Assembly: GCF_034376665.1 (NCBI RefSeq)
Contig: NZ_JAXMJI010000067.1
Location: 53,048 to 117,047 of the forward strand
Origin: Allopontixanthobacter sp.
Lineage (GTDB): Bacteria > Pseudomonadota > Alphaproteobacteria > Sphingomonadales > Sphingomonadaceae
Length of the DNA stretch: 64,000 bases
Reading direction: 5' to 3'
Below, piece after piece: positions 15,924-24,650 of this stretch; within the stretch, counting starts at the first letter, position 1, and each line of letters begins with the position of its first letter. A program made the position numbers and the translations under genes. Under the pieces are notes generated by a model. The model was not told the origin of the DNA. It saw only the letters and a program-made list of their open reading frames with translations, and searched no databases.

Positions 15924-16526
15924 ATGCAGACGAACCATCAACCCGCATTTACGCGCGCCGATCCCGATGAACGGCGACAGAGCCTGATCGAGGCGACCGC
16001 GCGCGTGCTGGCATCGAAAGGCGCGGCGGGCGTGTCGGTGCGGGCGATATGTGCCGAAGCCGGGGTTTCGCCTGGCTTGCTGCGGCATTACTTTGCCGGT
16101 GTGTCCGAAGCGATCGCCGAAACCTATCGGATGACCGGGCGCAATATAGAAGCGGCGCTGGCAGCGGCGGTGGTGAGCGCCGGGCCTGATCCGCGTGCGC
16201 GCCTGCTCGCCTATATTACCGCCAGCTTTCGCCCGCCCATTGCCGATCAGCAGCTGCTCGCTTCCTATATCGCCTTGTGGAGCCTTTCGCGCAGCGATCC
16301 GCAGGTGGCAAAGGTTCGGACCGAGGTCTATCGCGATTTTCGCGCCGGACTGGAAATACTGATCGCCGAGCACAGGCCAGACCTGGAGGATGCGCGCTTG
16401 CCCGCGATTGCGCTGACCGCGCTGATCGACGGGCTGTGGCTCGAACTATCGCTGGGCGATGCGCCGTTTACGCCTGAAGAGGCGGAAGCGCTGGCGGAGC
16501 GCTGGCTCGACACCGTAACTGGCTGA
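15924..16526 (+). CDS. TetR/AcrR-family transcriptional regulator
   Basis: 200 aa from ATG 15924. HTH region RRQSLIEATARVLASKGAAGVSVRAICAEAGVSPGLLRHYF. The upstream part of the 594-aa ORF is antisense to the Rieske gene. Confidence 0.85.
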   Translation: MQTNHQPAFTRADPDERRQSLIEATARVLASKGAAGVSVRAICAEAGVSPGLLRHYFAGVSEAIAETYRMTGRNIEAALAAAVVSAGPDPRARLLAYITASFRPPIADQQLLASYIALWSLSRSDPQVAKVRTEVYRDFRAGLEILIAEHRPDLEDARLPAIALTALIDGLWLELSLGDAPFTPEEAEALAERWLDTVTG

Positions 16527-16535
16527 ACTTGTGAT

Positions 16536-17837
16536 CTATCCGGCAGCTGGCACCCGGCTGCGGCGGGTCCACAGATACAGCGGCACCCCGGCACCGGCGA
16601 GCACCAGGCTCCATCCGGTCGCCTCCACCCCCGCACCCCACAGCGTCCACAGCGCATAGGCGGCCCCGATCAGCGCGAAGCCCCGTACTACCTTCATCCG
16701 CCATGCCGCCAGCGCGCACAGGAGATACAGCCACAGCGTCGCGCTGGTCGAAAGCAGCAGCAGGAATTCATAGATCCCCTGCATCGAACGGCTGGCGGTG
16801 AAGACAAGAAAGAACGTCGCCACCGCGCTCGACAGCAGCAATGCGCGCACCGGCGCGCCGCGCGCATCGGTGGCCGCAAACCATGCTGGCAGGATGCCGC
16901 GTTCAGCCATGCTGCGCGGCAATTCGCCCTGCATCAGTACCCAGCCATTGACCGCACCGACGCAGCTGATGATCGCAAAGACGCTCACCACCTGCCCGGT
17001 GCCGCTGTTCCAATAAGTTTCGACAAATGTCGCGAGAGGCGCGGGCGAAGCGGAGGCAACCGCTTCGGGGAGCATCAGCGCCACGGCCGAGCAGACCAGC
17101 AGATAGATGAGCCCGGTCAGCGCCGTGCCCCATAGCGTCGCCCGCGGGACGTTAACCGTGGGGTTTTCGACCTGCCCGGCCGCCACGCTGGCGCATTCAA
17201 AGCCGAGCAGCGCGAACAGGGTCAGCGCCGCCGCGCTGCTCAATTGGCCGGAGTTGACCTCGCTTGGCTCGAAAGGCCGGATCTCGCCGCTTCCATCGCC
17301 CAGCACCAGCGCCGCCAGCACGATCACGCCCAGTAGCGGCAACAGCTTGAGCGCCAGGGTGAGCATCTGGAAATTGCCCGCCGTGCGCACGCCCCGCAAG
17401 TTGACCAGCGTCATGGTCCAGACCAAGACCATTGCGCAGAGTGCCGGCAGGAAGGCGGTTGCGCCGATTGCTGGCAGCAAGGACGAAAGATAGCTTACTC
17501 CTGCCATAGAGATCGAGGCCACAGCACTCCAGATCGACACAAGATAAAGCCAGGCAACCAGAAATGCCGGCAACTCGCCGAAAGCCTCGGTCACGAAACC
17601 TGTGGGATCGCGCGCCGCGGGAAGGGCGCGGGTCAGCGCGGCGAACACCCAGGCCAGCACCAGTGTGCCGGCAATAGTGATGATCCAGCCGAGCACCGCA
17701 TTCCACCCGTAAGGGGCAAGGCTGGCAGGCAGCAGGAACACGCCCGAACCGATCATATTGCCCATGATCAGGGCGATGGCAGCAAAAAGGCCGAGCTTGC
17801 GGCCCGGCCTTTCTGTGTGGTTGGACATTTGCGTCAC
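16536..17837 (-). CDS. APC-superfamily amino acid/polyamine permease
   Basis: 433 aa with about 12 TM segments. N-terminal GLFAAIALIMGNMIGSGVFLLPASLA is typical of APC permeases. Confidence 0.85.
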   Translation of the reverse strand: MTQMSNHTERPGRKLGLFAAIALIMGNMIGSGVFLLPASLAPYGWNAVLGWIITIAGTLVLAWVFAALTRALPAARDPTGFVTEAFGELPAFLVAWLYLVSIWSAVASISMAGVSYLSSLLPAIGATAFLPALCAMVLVWTMTLVNLRGVRTAGNFQMLTLALKLLPLLGVIVLAALVLGDGSGEIRPFEPSEVNSGQLSSAAALTLFALLGFECASVAAGQVENPTVNVPRATLWGTALTGLIYLLVCSAVALMLPEAVASASPAPLATFVETYWNSGTGQVVSVFAIISCVGAVNGWVLMQGELPRSMAERGILPAWFAATDARGAPVRALLLSSAVATFFLVFTASRSMQGIYEFLLLLSTSATLWLYLLCALAAWRMKVVRGFALIGAAYALWTLWGAGVEATGWSLVLAGAGVPLYLWTRRSRVPAAG

Positions 17838-17841
17838 GAAC

Positions 17842-20232
17842 TCAGAAGTCGAATCCGGCCTTGATGCCCACAGTTCTCGGCCTGATCGGGTAATCGTAGA
17901 ACACCCCGCCGGTGCTGCTCACCCCAAAAGGGTCGCCGCAAGTTGTTTCGAGGCACTGGACCGTACTGTCGAGAATGCCGTTGCTGTCGAACACGTTGGT
18001 TGCGAACAGTTCGAACCGCAGATTGTCGTTCTTAACGCCAAAACTCAGATCTGCCGTGGTAAAAGCTCCGAACGTGCCCTTGAGGTCATTCTCGAAGGTC
18101 CGCAGGTCGCTGCGCCGGCTGCCAATGTGCGAAACCGCGCCTTGGAAATGCCCCTCCCAATCGCCCACGGGGAATTCATAGCGGGCAATGGCATTGCCCT
18201 TGAACTTGGCGGTGATCGGAAGCCGCGATCCAGTGGGCGCGAGCAGGGCATTTGTGCGCCCGTCACCCGGATCGAACGTGCAATCGAAATCGGGGTTGGC
18301 AATGCGGCAGAAATCGCGCCGGATTGTCGCATCATTATAACTGCCGGCGAGCGTGAGGGTGAGCCCGCCCGAACGATAGGTCAGGTCGGATTCGATCCCG
18401 CGGATGCGGGCAATCCCGGCATTGCGGACTTCGGAAAGCCCGTTTTCGCCCAGGAACGACAGCTGGATGTTGGTCCAGTCTTCCTGATAGATCGCGCCGT
18501 TGAAGGTCACGTCACCAAACCGCGTCTTCCAGCCAAATTCGTAATTGTCGAGCGTGTCGGATTCGTACGGCGGCAATGTGCCGCGGCGGTTGATGCCGCC
18601 GGGGCGGAAGCCCTGCGACCAGGTGACATAGACCATCACGTCGGGATTGATCTTGTAGGTCGCATTGGCCTTGAAGATCGCATCAGTATCCGCTGTCGTT
18701 TTATCGAGGTTGGTGCAGGGCGATCCTTCGACCACGGCCGGACCGAAACAGGCGGCTTCGCCCGTTCGGCTGGAAAAATTGGCGTTGTAACCAAAGAACC
18801 CGACCAGCGAGTTCTTGTAGCGGTAGAGCCGCCCGCCGCCAGTCAGTGTCAGCTTGTCGGTAACATCAAAGCTCAGTTCGCCAAAGGCCGCATAGTCGCG
18901 GTCGGTCCGCTCTTGCTGCGTGAGCCAGATATTGCTCTCGGTGCCGGTGACGGTGAACAGGTCGGTCAGATCCTCGATGATGTAGTTCTGCTCGATGCCG
19001 TGGCGCTGGCGCTGTGCAAACACGCCGCCGATGAAGCGCACCGGAGCATCCTGCGGGCTGGAAATGCGCACTTCGGCGAAATTACGGCGATACCGGTCGG
19101 TGCCCTGAATGAACTGGTTCGGGCTGATCAGATCGTAGTTGTTGTCATAGAAATAGGCGCCATAGCCATAGAGCGCGTCGTAGAAATAGGCGTAGTCCGA
19201 ATAGTCGAATTCAACCTCGTTCTTGCGCCACAGTCTGCCCGCCGTTGCCACCAGGTCCCAGCTGCCGATCTTGCCCTCGATAGTCAGCGCCGCCTGCAGC
19301 CATTTGTCATCGCGGCGTTCCGGATTATATTGAACGGTCTGCAGCTTGCCGGTGACCGCGCTCGAGCGTTCCTGCTGGCCACTGCCGTCGGCCTTCTGCT
19401 GTTGAGCAATTATCGTCGGGCGAACGGTCCAGCTCTCGTTGAGCTCGATCCCCAGCGCAAGGCGAGCGCCATAAGTTTCGCTGTCGTTGTAATCCTCTTC
19501 GACCAATTCGGCATTGTCCTGAACGATGCCGGAAGTCGGGTAGGTTCGGCTGCCCGGGATATTGTCGATATATCCGCCTTCCTTGCGATACCAGCCGACC
19601 AGGCGCAGCGCAGCGCTGTCCGACAATTTGGCGTTGTAGAACCCTTCGGCGATGCCGCCGAATTCGCCGTGGGCGATGGTGTTCAGCTCGAAATCGGCTG
19701 CGCCATAGCTGCTCGAATAGTCGGGTTGATTGGTGACCATCTTGACCGTGCCGGCCATCGAGCTGGCGCCATAAAGTGTTCCTTGCGGGCCAGCCAATGC
19801 TTCGACCCGGGCAAGGTCGTAGGCGTGAATGTCGAGCGCGCCCTGAATGGTCGTGATCGGCATTTCATCGAGGTATATGCCTACAGTCGGCTGAGAGGTG
19901 GAGTGGTTGGCATTTTCGCCCGATGAAACACCGCGGAAGTAGACCTGCGTGACACCTTCCTTGGTCTTCTGGATGGTCACCGACGGCAGATACTTCACCA
20001 CGTCCTGCAACTGACTCACCTGCAACTGGTCGAGCGTTTCGTTGCCCAGCGCGGTGATCGCCACCGGCACGTCCTGCAGATCCTGCGAGCGTTTTTGCGC
20101 GGTGACGATGATAACATTGCTGTCGTCCGGGTCTTCTCTCTGCGCCATGGCAGGCGTGACGACGGCGAGCGAGCAGCCCGCCATCAGTGTTGCGGTCAAG
20201 GCGCGTACCCCGCCATTTTCAGGAATTCTCAC
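17842..20232 (-). CDS. TonB-dependent outer-membrane receptor
   Basis: Plug region IIVTAQKRSQDLQDVPVAITAL and a C-terminal beta-barrel ending in F. Start chosen at GTG 20232 (AAGGGGA 7 nt upstream; signal peptide ends AMAQ). ATG 20277 is the alternative. Confidence 0.88.
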   Translation of the reverse strand: MRIPENGGVRALTATLMAGCSLAVVTPAMAQREDPDDSNVIIVTAQKRSQDLQDVPVAITALGNETLDQLQVSQLQDVVKYLPSVTIQKTKEGVTQVYFRGVSSGENANHSTSQPTVGIYLDEMPITTIQGALDIHAYDLARVEALAGPQGTLYGASSMAGTVKMVTNQPDYSSSYGAADFELNTIAHGEFGGIAEGFYNAKLSDSAALRLVGWYRKEGGYIDNIPGSRTYPTSGIVQDNAELVEEDYNDSETYGARLALGIELNESWTVRPTIIAQQQKADGSGQQERSSAVTGKLQTVQYNPERRDDKWLQAALTIEGKIGSWDLVATAGRLWRKNEVEFDYSDYAYFYDALYGYGAYFYDNNYDLISPNQFIQGTDRYRRNFAEVRISSPQDAPVRFIGGVFAQRQRHGIEQNYIIEDLTDLFTVTGTESNIWLTQQERTDRDYAAFGELSFDVTDKLTLTGGGRLYRYKNSLVGFFGYNANFSSRTGEAACFGPAVVEGSPCTNLDKTTADTDAIFKANATYKINPDVMVYVTWSQGFRPGGINRRGTLPPYESDTLDNYEFGWKTRFGDVTFNGAIYQEDWTNIQLSFLGENGLSEVRNAGIARIRGIESDLTYRSGGLTLTLAGSYNDATIRRDFCRIANPDFDCTFDPGDGRTNALLAPTGSRLPITAKFKGNAIARYEFPVGDWEGHFQGAVSHIGSRRSDLRTFENDLKGTFGAFTTADLSFGVKNDNLRFELFATNVFDSNGILDSTVQCLETTCGDPFGVSSTGGVFYDYPIRPRTVGIKAGFDF

Positions 20233-20380
20233 TGAAACATCCCCTTTGAACTGTCCCCAGCGCCCTATCCGCCACAACTGGCGGCATTTGCCAAGTGAGT
20301 TGCTGTGCGTTGACCACGCAAATCGCGCGATGTGGATAAATCATTGCATATTTGCCACAATGACCTGAGTCGGTGCAGCC

Positions 20381-22231
20381 TTAGCGCGCGTAGGTCTCGA
20401 CCAGATCGCCCAATGCCTCGCGCAGCGGTCCGAGCCATTGATCGTAGGGCTGCCATTGCCCGACACCGTCGCGGTTGATCGGCCGACGCACCTGCTCGGA
20501 CGAAGCGGTGCGCACCGCCCGCGCATTGGTGTGAAAATCCATGCAGCTATCCTCGAAATCAAGGCCGAGATAGGTGAGCAGCGCACGCACTTCGGCTTCG
20601 GGATCGTCGAGCAGTCGCTCGTGAATCACGCGGTGGATGCGCCCCGGCAGGACCGCGTCATAATGGTCCATCGCCCGCACATAATCGCGGTAATAGCGCC
20701 CGATATGGTCGAGCGAATAGGAAAACCCCTGGCCCTTGGCGAAATGCTGGCGGAAATTGGAAAAGCAGCAATCGAGCGGGTGACGCCGCGCGTCGATGAT
20801 CTTGGCATTGGGCAGGATCAGGTGGATGAACCCGGCATAGCTCCAGTTGTTGGGCAGCTTGTCGATGTAGAAGGGCTTGCCGGACTTGCGCTGCACGCGC
20901 GTGCGCTGGAGAAATTCCGCCCCCAGTTCGGCGAACCGTTCGCGCGGCATGTCGGCCACGGCATCGGGCCAGTCGCGCATGTCGCCGCCGGCTTTGCGCG
21001 CCTCGCGCATCGCGATCGCAGGAATATCGGGCAGCTCCATCGTCCCTTCGACCTGCGAATGGCTGGAGAGGATCTGTTCGAGCAGCGTCGATCCGGCGCG
21101 CGGCAGGCCCAGGATGAAGACCGGATCGGGCGAGGGATCGCCCACGCCACGGTGCTCATCAAGGAATTGCGGGGTGAACCGCGCGATCATCTGGTCAACC
21201 TGCCGCGTGATCGCATCGGGATCGTATTCGAGCTCTTCGCTGCGCAGCGCGTTGCCCGCGGCAAAGTGGCAGAAGCTCGGTTCGGCTTGCTTCAAGTCGC
21301 CGTATGCCTTGCCCAGCGCAAAGTGCAGGTGCAGCCGGTCATGGTGCGAAGGCTCGCCCTCCAGCGCCGCTTCCATCGCCGCCACGTCCTCGCCCGTGAA
21401 GTGCACGGTCTTGAGATTGGCGAGGCTCCACCAGACCTCGCCCAGATCGGCCTGCACCGCCAGCGCGCGGCGATAGGCCGTCACGCCTTCTTCCTGCCGC
21501 CCAACGGTCTTGAGCATATGGCCATAGCTCATCCACAGCTTGGCATGATCGGGGAAGGTTTCGACCAGCTCGGCATAGAGCGCCAACGCCTCGTCATAAT
21601 CGCCGATCCGGCCCAGCGTTGCAGCCAGCAGATTGCGGTTGCCCGGATTGGCGGGATCGACCGCCAAGACTTCGTCGAGCACGCGCGCGGCCTCTTCATA
21701 ACGGCTTTGCTTGTAAAGCACCGTCGCCAGATTGGCGCGCGCGGCCGCGAACGCGGGGGCCAGTTCGATCGCGCGGCGCAGCAGCGCTTCGGCGTCGGGC
21801 AGGCGGCCGATCCGGGCGGCCAGTTCGGCCATCAACCGGATCGCCGCCGCATCGGTGGGCTGGGCGCTGAGCCGCTCGCGCAGCAAGGCCTCGGCCTGAC
21901 TGAGCTCGCCCTCTAGCATGGCGCCGGCGATGGCGATCATTTGCGGATCATAAGCGGTGGCGCGGATCGCAGCCATTTCGGCCTCGCCCGCTTCCTCCTC
22001 GCGCGCCAGTTTGCGTAAAGCCCGCCCCATCAGGCGCCAGGCGGGGGCATTGCGCGGTTCGCGCGCCACCGCGCCGCGCAGACGTTCCAGCGCAGCGGCT
22101 GGATCGCTCTCGATCAGCCGGGCAATCGGTACTGGCTGCCCATGCACCGCATGGCCGTGTGCGGATGAAGTTTCGACGTCCATGACCGGCTGCCTATCAT
22201 GGCCGCCGGTGCAGTCAAATTCCCTTGGCAA
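20381..22231 (-). CDS. TPR-repeat protein fused to a sulfotransferase domain
   Basis: The N-terminal half has repeated TPR-like helices. The C-terminal half has the PAPS-binding-like motif ILGLPRAGSTLLEQIL. The start is uncertain (ATG 22183 is an alternative). Confidence 0.8.
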   Translation of the reverse strand: MPREFDCTGGHDRQPVMDVETSSAHGHAVHGQPVPIARLIESDPAAALERLRGAVAREPRNAPAWRLMGRALRKLAREEEAGEAEMAAIRATAYDPQMIAIAGAMLEGELSQAEALLRERLSAQPTDAAAIRLMAELAARIGRLPDAEALLRRAIELAPAFAAARANLATVLYKQSRYEEAARVLDEVLAVDPANPGNRNLLAATLGRIGDYDEALALYAELVETFPDHAKLWMSYGHMLKTVGRQEEGVTAYRRALAVQADLGEVWWSLANLKTVHFTGEDVAAMEAALEGEPSHHDRLHLHFALGKAYGDLKQAEPSFCHFAAGNALRSEELEYDPDAITRQVDQMIARFTPQFLDEHRGVGDPSPDPVFILGLPRAGSTLLEQILSSHSQVEGTMELPDIPAIAMREARKAGGDMRDWPDAVADMPRERFAELGAEFLQRTRVQRKSGKPFYIDKLPNNWSYAGFIHLILPNAKIIDARRHPLDCCFSNFRQHFAKGQGFSYSLDHIGRYYRDYVRAMDHYDAVLPGRIHRVIHERLLDDPEAEVRALLTYLGLDFEDSCMDFHTNARAVRTASSEQVRRPINRDGVGQWQPYDQWLGPLREALGDLVETYAR

Positions 22232-22255
22232 ATATCAGATCAGCCCGCGAGCCAG

Positions 22256-22440
22256 TTAAGGGTCGATCGGGGCGGCAGGTTCGTCCGTATCGAGCGCCAT
22301 TTCGGCAAAGGCGCGGTTCTGCGACAGGAAGACCTTGCCATTGAGCTGCGCAAGAAAGTGCGGGCGCCCCAGCCGGTGATAGATCGCCTCAAGGTTTTCG
22401 AGGCCAGAAGCGTCGATCTGGTTGATTGAACCGCTTATAA
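22256..22440 (-). pseudogene. Start-less remnant of a STAS-domain (SulP-type C-terminus) gene
   Basis: My hand translation of the minus strand gives ..INQIDASGLENLEAIYHRLGRPHFLAQLNGKVFLSQNRAFAEMALDTDEPAAPIDP*. There is no start codon, and the frame runs into the tRNA gene. Confidence 0.35.
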
Positions 22441-22455
22441 ACTTTCGAGAAAAAC

Positions 22456-22529
22456 TGGATGCCCCGTGAGGATTCGAACCTCAATTGACGGAGTCAGAGT
22501 CCGTAGTCTTACCATTAGACGACGGGGCA
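22456..22529 (-). tRNA. tRNA-Gln (anticodon CUG)
   Basis: 74 nt, folded by hand. The 7-bp acceptor stem is UGCCCCG/CGGGGCA with U1:A72. The anticodon stem is ACGGA/UCCGU with loop CU-CUG-AC. The T-arm is GAGGUUCGAAUCCUC. CCA is encoded. Confidence 0.9.
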
Positions 22530-22648
22530 CCATGCGGCGATCTTGAAGCCGGCGCTGTACAGGCCGCAGATTCCTGTAAGCGGCCGTGCATCTAGTTTTG
22601 CCGGGCCGCGCCGTCAAGGCTGCTGTCGCGAGGTGATCACCTGATCTG

Positions 22649-22677
22649 CTTGCCCTTGGGCCAATCGCTCGCTAGCA
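22649..22677 (+). promoter_or_regulatory. Possible sigma-70-type promoter (TTGCCC-N17-TAGCAT) upstream of ppx
   Basis: Hexamers and 17-nt spacing read from the sequence. There is no experimental support. Confidence 0.25.
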
Positions 22678-22731
22678 TCGCCGACAGGTCCCCGCGGAAT
22701 TTCTGCGGGAGGAATAGAAAGTATACGTGCA

Positions 22732-23919
22732 ATGGCGGATCACTCTCCGCCGGACAGTCATAATACGGCTGGCAGAAACGAGGGCGACAGGTCCGGTAAG
22801 GTAGCAGATTTTCGCTACAAGCGCCCCTCGCAGCCGCAACACAAAGCCAGGTCCGGCAGCGCTGGCAATTCAGCCGACGAACTGTGCGCGCCCGTCGCCC
22901 GGCGTCAGGCCTATGCCGCGCTGGATCTGGGCACCAACAACTGCCGCCTGCTGATCGCCCGCCCGTCGGGAGAAAACTTCACCGTGATCGACGCCGTCAG
23001 CCGGGTAGTCCGGCTGGGCGAAGGTCTGGCCAAATCGGGCGAATTGAGCGATGCGGCGATGGACCGCGCGCTGGGCGCATTGCAGGTCTGCGCGGACAAA
23101 CTGCGCCGGCGCAACGTCCATCTCGCGCGCTCGGTTGCGACCGAGGCCTGCCGCCGGGCTTCCAACGGAATGAAATTCATCGAGCGCGTACGCGATGAAA
23201 CGGGTATCGTGCTGGACATTATCACCGCAGAGGAAGAAGCCCGCCTCGCCGTGCTGGGGTGCCACATCCTGCTGGAAGGCGGCGAGGGCCCTGCGGTCAT
23301 TTTCGACATCGGGGGCGGCTCGACCGAATTGATCCTGATCGAACCGGGCGGCCCCGTGCCCCGGATCCTCGACTGGCAAAGCGTACCTTGGGGCGTAGTT
23401 TCGCTGACCGATACGGTGGGTGAAGCCGCTGGCTCAGCGGCGAGCGACCGGATAGCGCGTTACGATGAAATGCGGCGGCTGGTGGCGGCGAGTTTTGCCG
23501 AATTTGCCCAGCGGATTGCCCCGCTGGCCGGTCCGAACGGCAGCATCCGCCTGCTGGGCACTAGCGGAACGGTGACCACCCTTGCCAGCCTGCATCTGGA
23601 ACTGCCGCAGTACGACCGGCGCGCGGTCGACGGGCTGATCGTTCCGGCGGCCTCTATGCGGGATATCAGCACACGTCTGTCCCGCATCACGCCCGACGAG
23701 CTGCGCAACCTGCCGTGCATCGGCAGCGACCGCGCGGATCTGGTCGTGGCGGGCTGCGCAATCCTCGAATCGATTCTCGACATCTGGCCGGCGAAGCAAT
23801 TGGGCGTGGCCGACCGCGGCATCCGCGAGGGCATTCTGCGCAGCCTGATGGCCGCCGATGTCGAGGGCGAGAAGAGCCGCACCGCCGTGCTCAATTCCCG
23901 CACGGGCGGCGGCGCGTGA
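22732..23919 (+). CDS. Ppx/GppA-family phosphatase (exopolyphosphatase-like)
   Basis: ASKHA-fold phosphate-1 motif AALDLGTNNCRLLIA, then FDIGGGSTEL. The N-terminal roughly 55 aa extension makes the start uncertain. Confidence 0.85.
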   Translation: MADHSPPDSHNTAGRNEGDRSGKVADFRYKRPSQPQHKARSGSAGNSADELCAPVARRQAYAALDLGTNNCRLLIARPSGENFTVIDAVSRVVRLGEGLAKSGELSDAAMDRALGALQVCADKLRRRNVHLARSVATEACRRASNGMKFIERVRDETGIVLDIITAEEEARLAVLGCHILLEGGEGPAVIFDIGGGSTELILIEPGGPVPRILDWQSVPWGVVSLTDTVGEAAGSAASDRIARYDEMRRLVAASFAEFAQRIAPLAGPNGSIRLLGTSGTVTTLASLHLELPQYDRRAVDGLIVPAASMRDISTRLSRITPDELRNLPCIGSDRADLVVAGCAILESILDIWPAKQLGVADRGIREGILRSLMAADVEGEKSRTAVLNSRTGGGA

Positions 23920-24581
23920 GCCGGTCCGGCCGCGATCCGTCCAAACGGGTGAAGACCGCGAAAGGCCGCACCGCGTCCAGTGTCCGGTGGCTGGAACGCC
24001 AGCTGAACGATCCCTATGTCAAACAGGCCAAGGCGGACGGATACCGCAGCCGGGCCGCGTACAAGCTGATCGAACTGGACGAGAAATTCTCGCTGCTGCG
24101 CGGCGCGAAGCGGGTCATCGATCTGGGCATCGCGCCCGGCGGTTGGAGCCAGGTCGTGCGCAAGGTCAGCCCCAAGGCCGCGATCGTCGGTATCGATCTG
24201 CTGCCCACCGAGCCGCTCGAAGGGGTGACGATTTTCGAGATGGATTTCATGGCGCAGGACGCCCCGGCCGCGCTGGAACAGGCGCTGGACGGACCGCCCG
24301 ACCTGGTCCTGTCCGACATGGCGGCCAACACCGTCGGCCACAAGCAGACCGATCACTTGCGAACCATGGGACTGGTCGAAGCCGGGGCGTGGTTTGCGGT
24401 CGAAAACCTCGCGCCCGGCGGCGCGTTCGTGGCCAAGGTGCTGGCAGGGGGAACCGATACGGAGCTGCTCACCTTGCTCAAGCGGCACTTCACCACCGTC
24501 AAGCACGCCAAGCCGCCTGCCAGCCGCAAGGGATCGTCCGAATGGTATGTCGTGGCGCAGGGGTTCAAGGGCCAGCAGTAA
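23916..24581 (+). CDS. rlmE: 23S rRNA (uridine-2'-O)-methyltransferase RlmE/FtsJ
   Basis: GTG 23916 overlaps the ppx stop (GTGA). Sequence WLERQLNDPYVKQAKADGYRSRAAYKLIELDEKF and SAM motif VIDLGIAPGGWSQV. 221 aa. Confidence 0.9.
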   Translation: MSRSGRDPSKRVKTAKGRTASSVRWLERQLNDPYVKQAKADGYRSRAAYKLIELDEKFSLLRGAKRVIDLGIAPGGWSQVVRKVSPKAAIVGIDLLPTEPLEGVTIFEMDFMAQDAPAALEQALDGPPDLVLSDMAANTVGHKQTDHLRTMGLVEAGAWFAVENLAPGGAFVAKVLAGGTDTELLTLLKRHFTTVKHAKPPASRKGSSEWYVVAQGFKGQQ

Positions 24582-24650
24582 GGACCCAACGAAAAAGGGC
24601 CCCGCAATCGCAGGGCCCCTATTTCGAATGGAAAACGGTTTCAGCCGGCG

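Noticed and set aside
17758-19926. A 722-aa plus-strand ORF.
   Set aside because: It is antisense to the TonB-dependent receptor, whose plug and barrel motifs are clear. It is a shadow ORF.
20278-20380. An AT-rich stretch upstream of the TonB-dependent receptor (GCAAATATGCAATGATTTATCC on the minus strand) that might be a Fur box.
   Set aside because: The best hand alignment to the 19-bp Fur consensus matches only about 10 of 19 positions. That is not enough to call.
24596-24619. A possible bidirectional terminator between rlmE and the cytochrome c gene (AAAAAGGGCCCCGCAATCGCAGGGCCCCTATTT).
   Set aside because: Only a 6-bp GGGCCC/GGGCCC stem with a 10-nt loop can be drawn, and the U-tract is weak. 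It is plausible but below my threshold for a feature.
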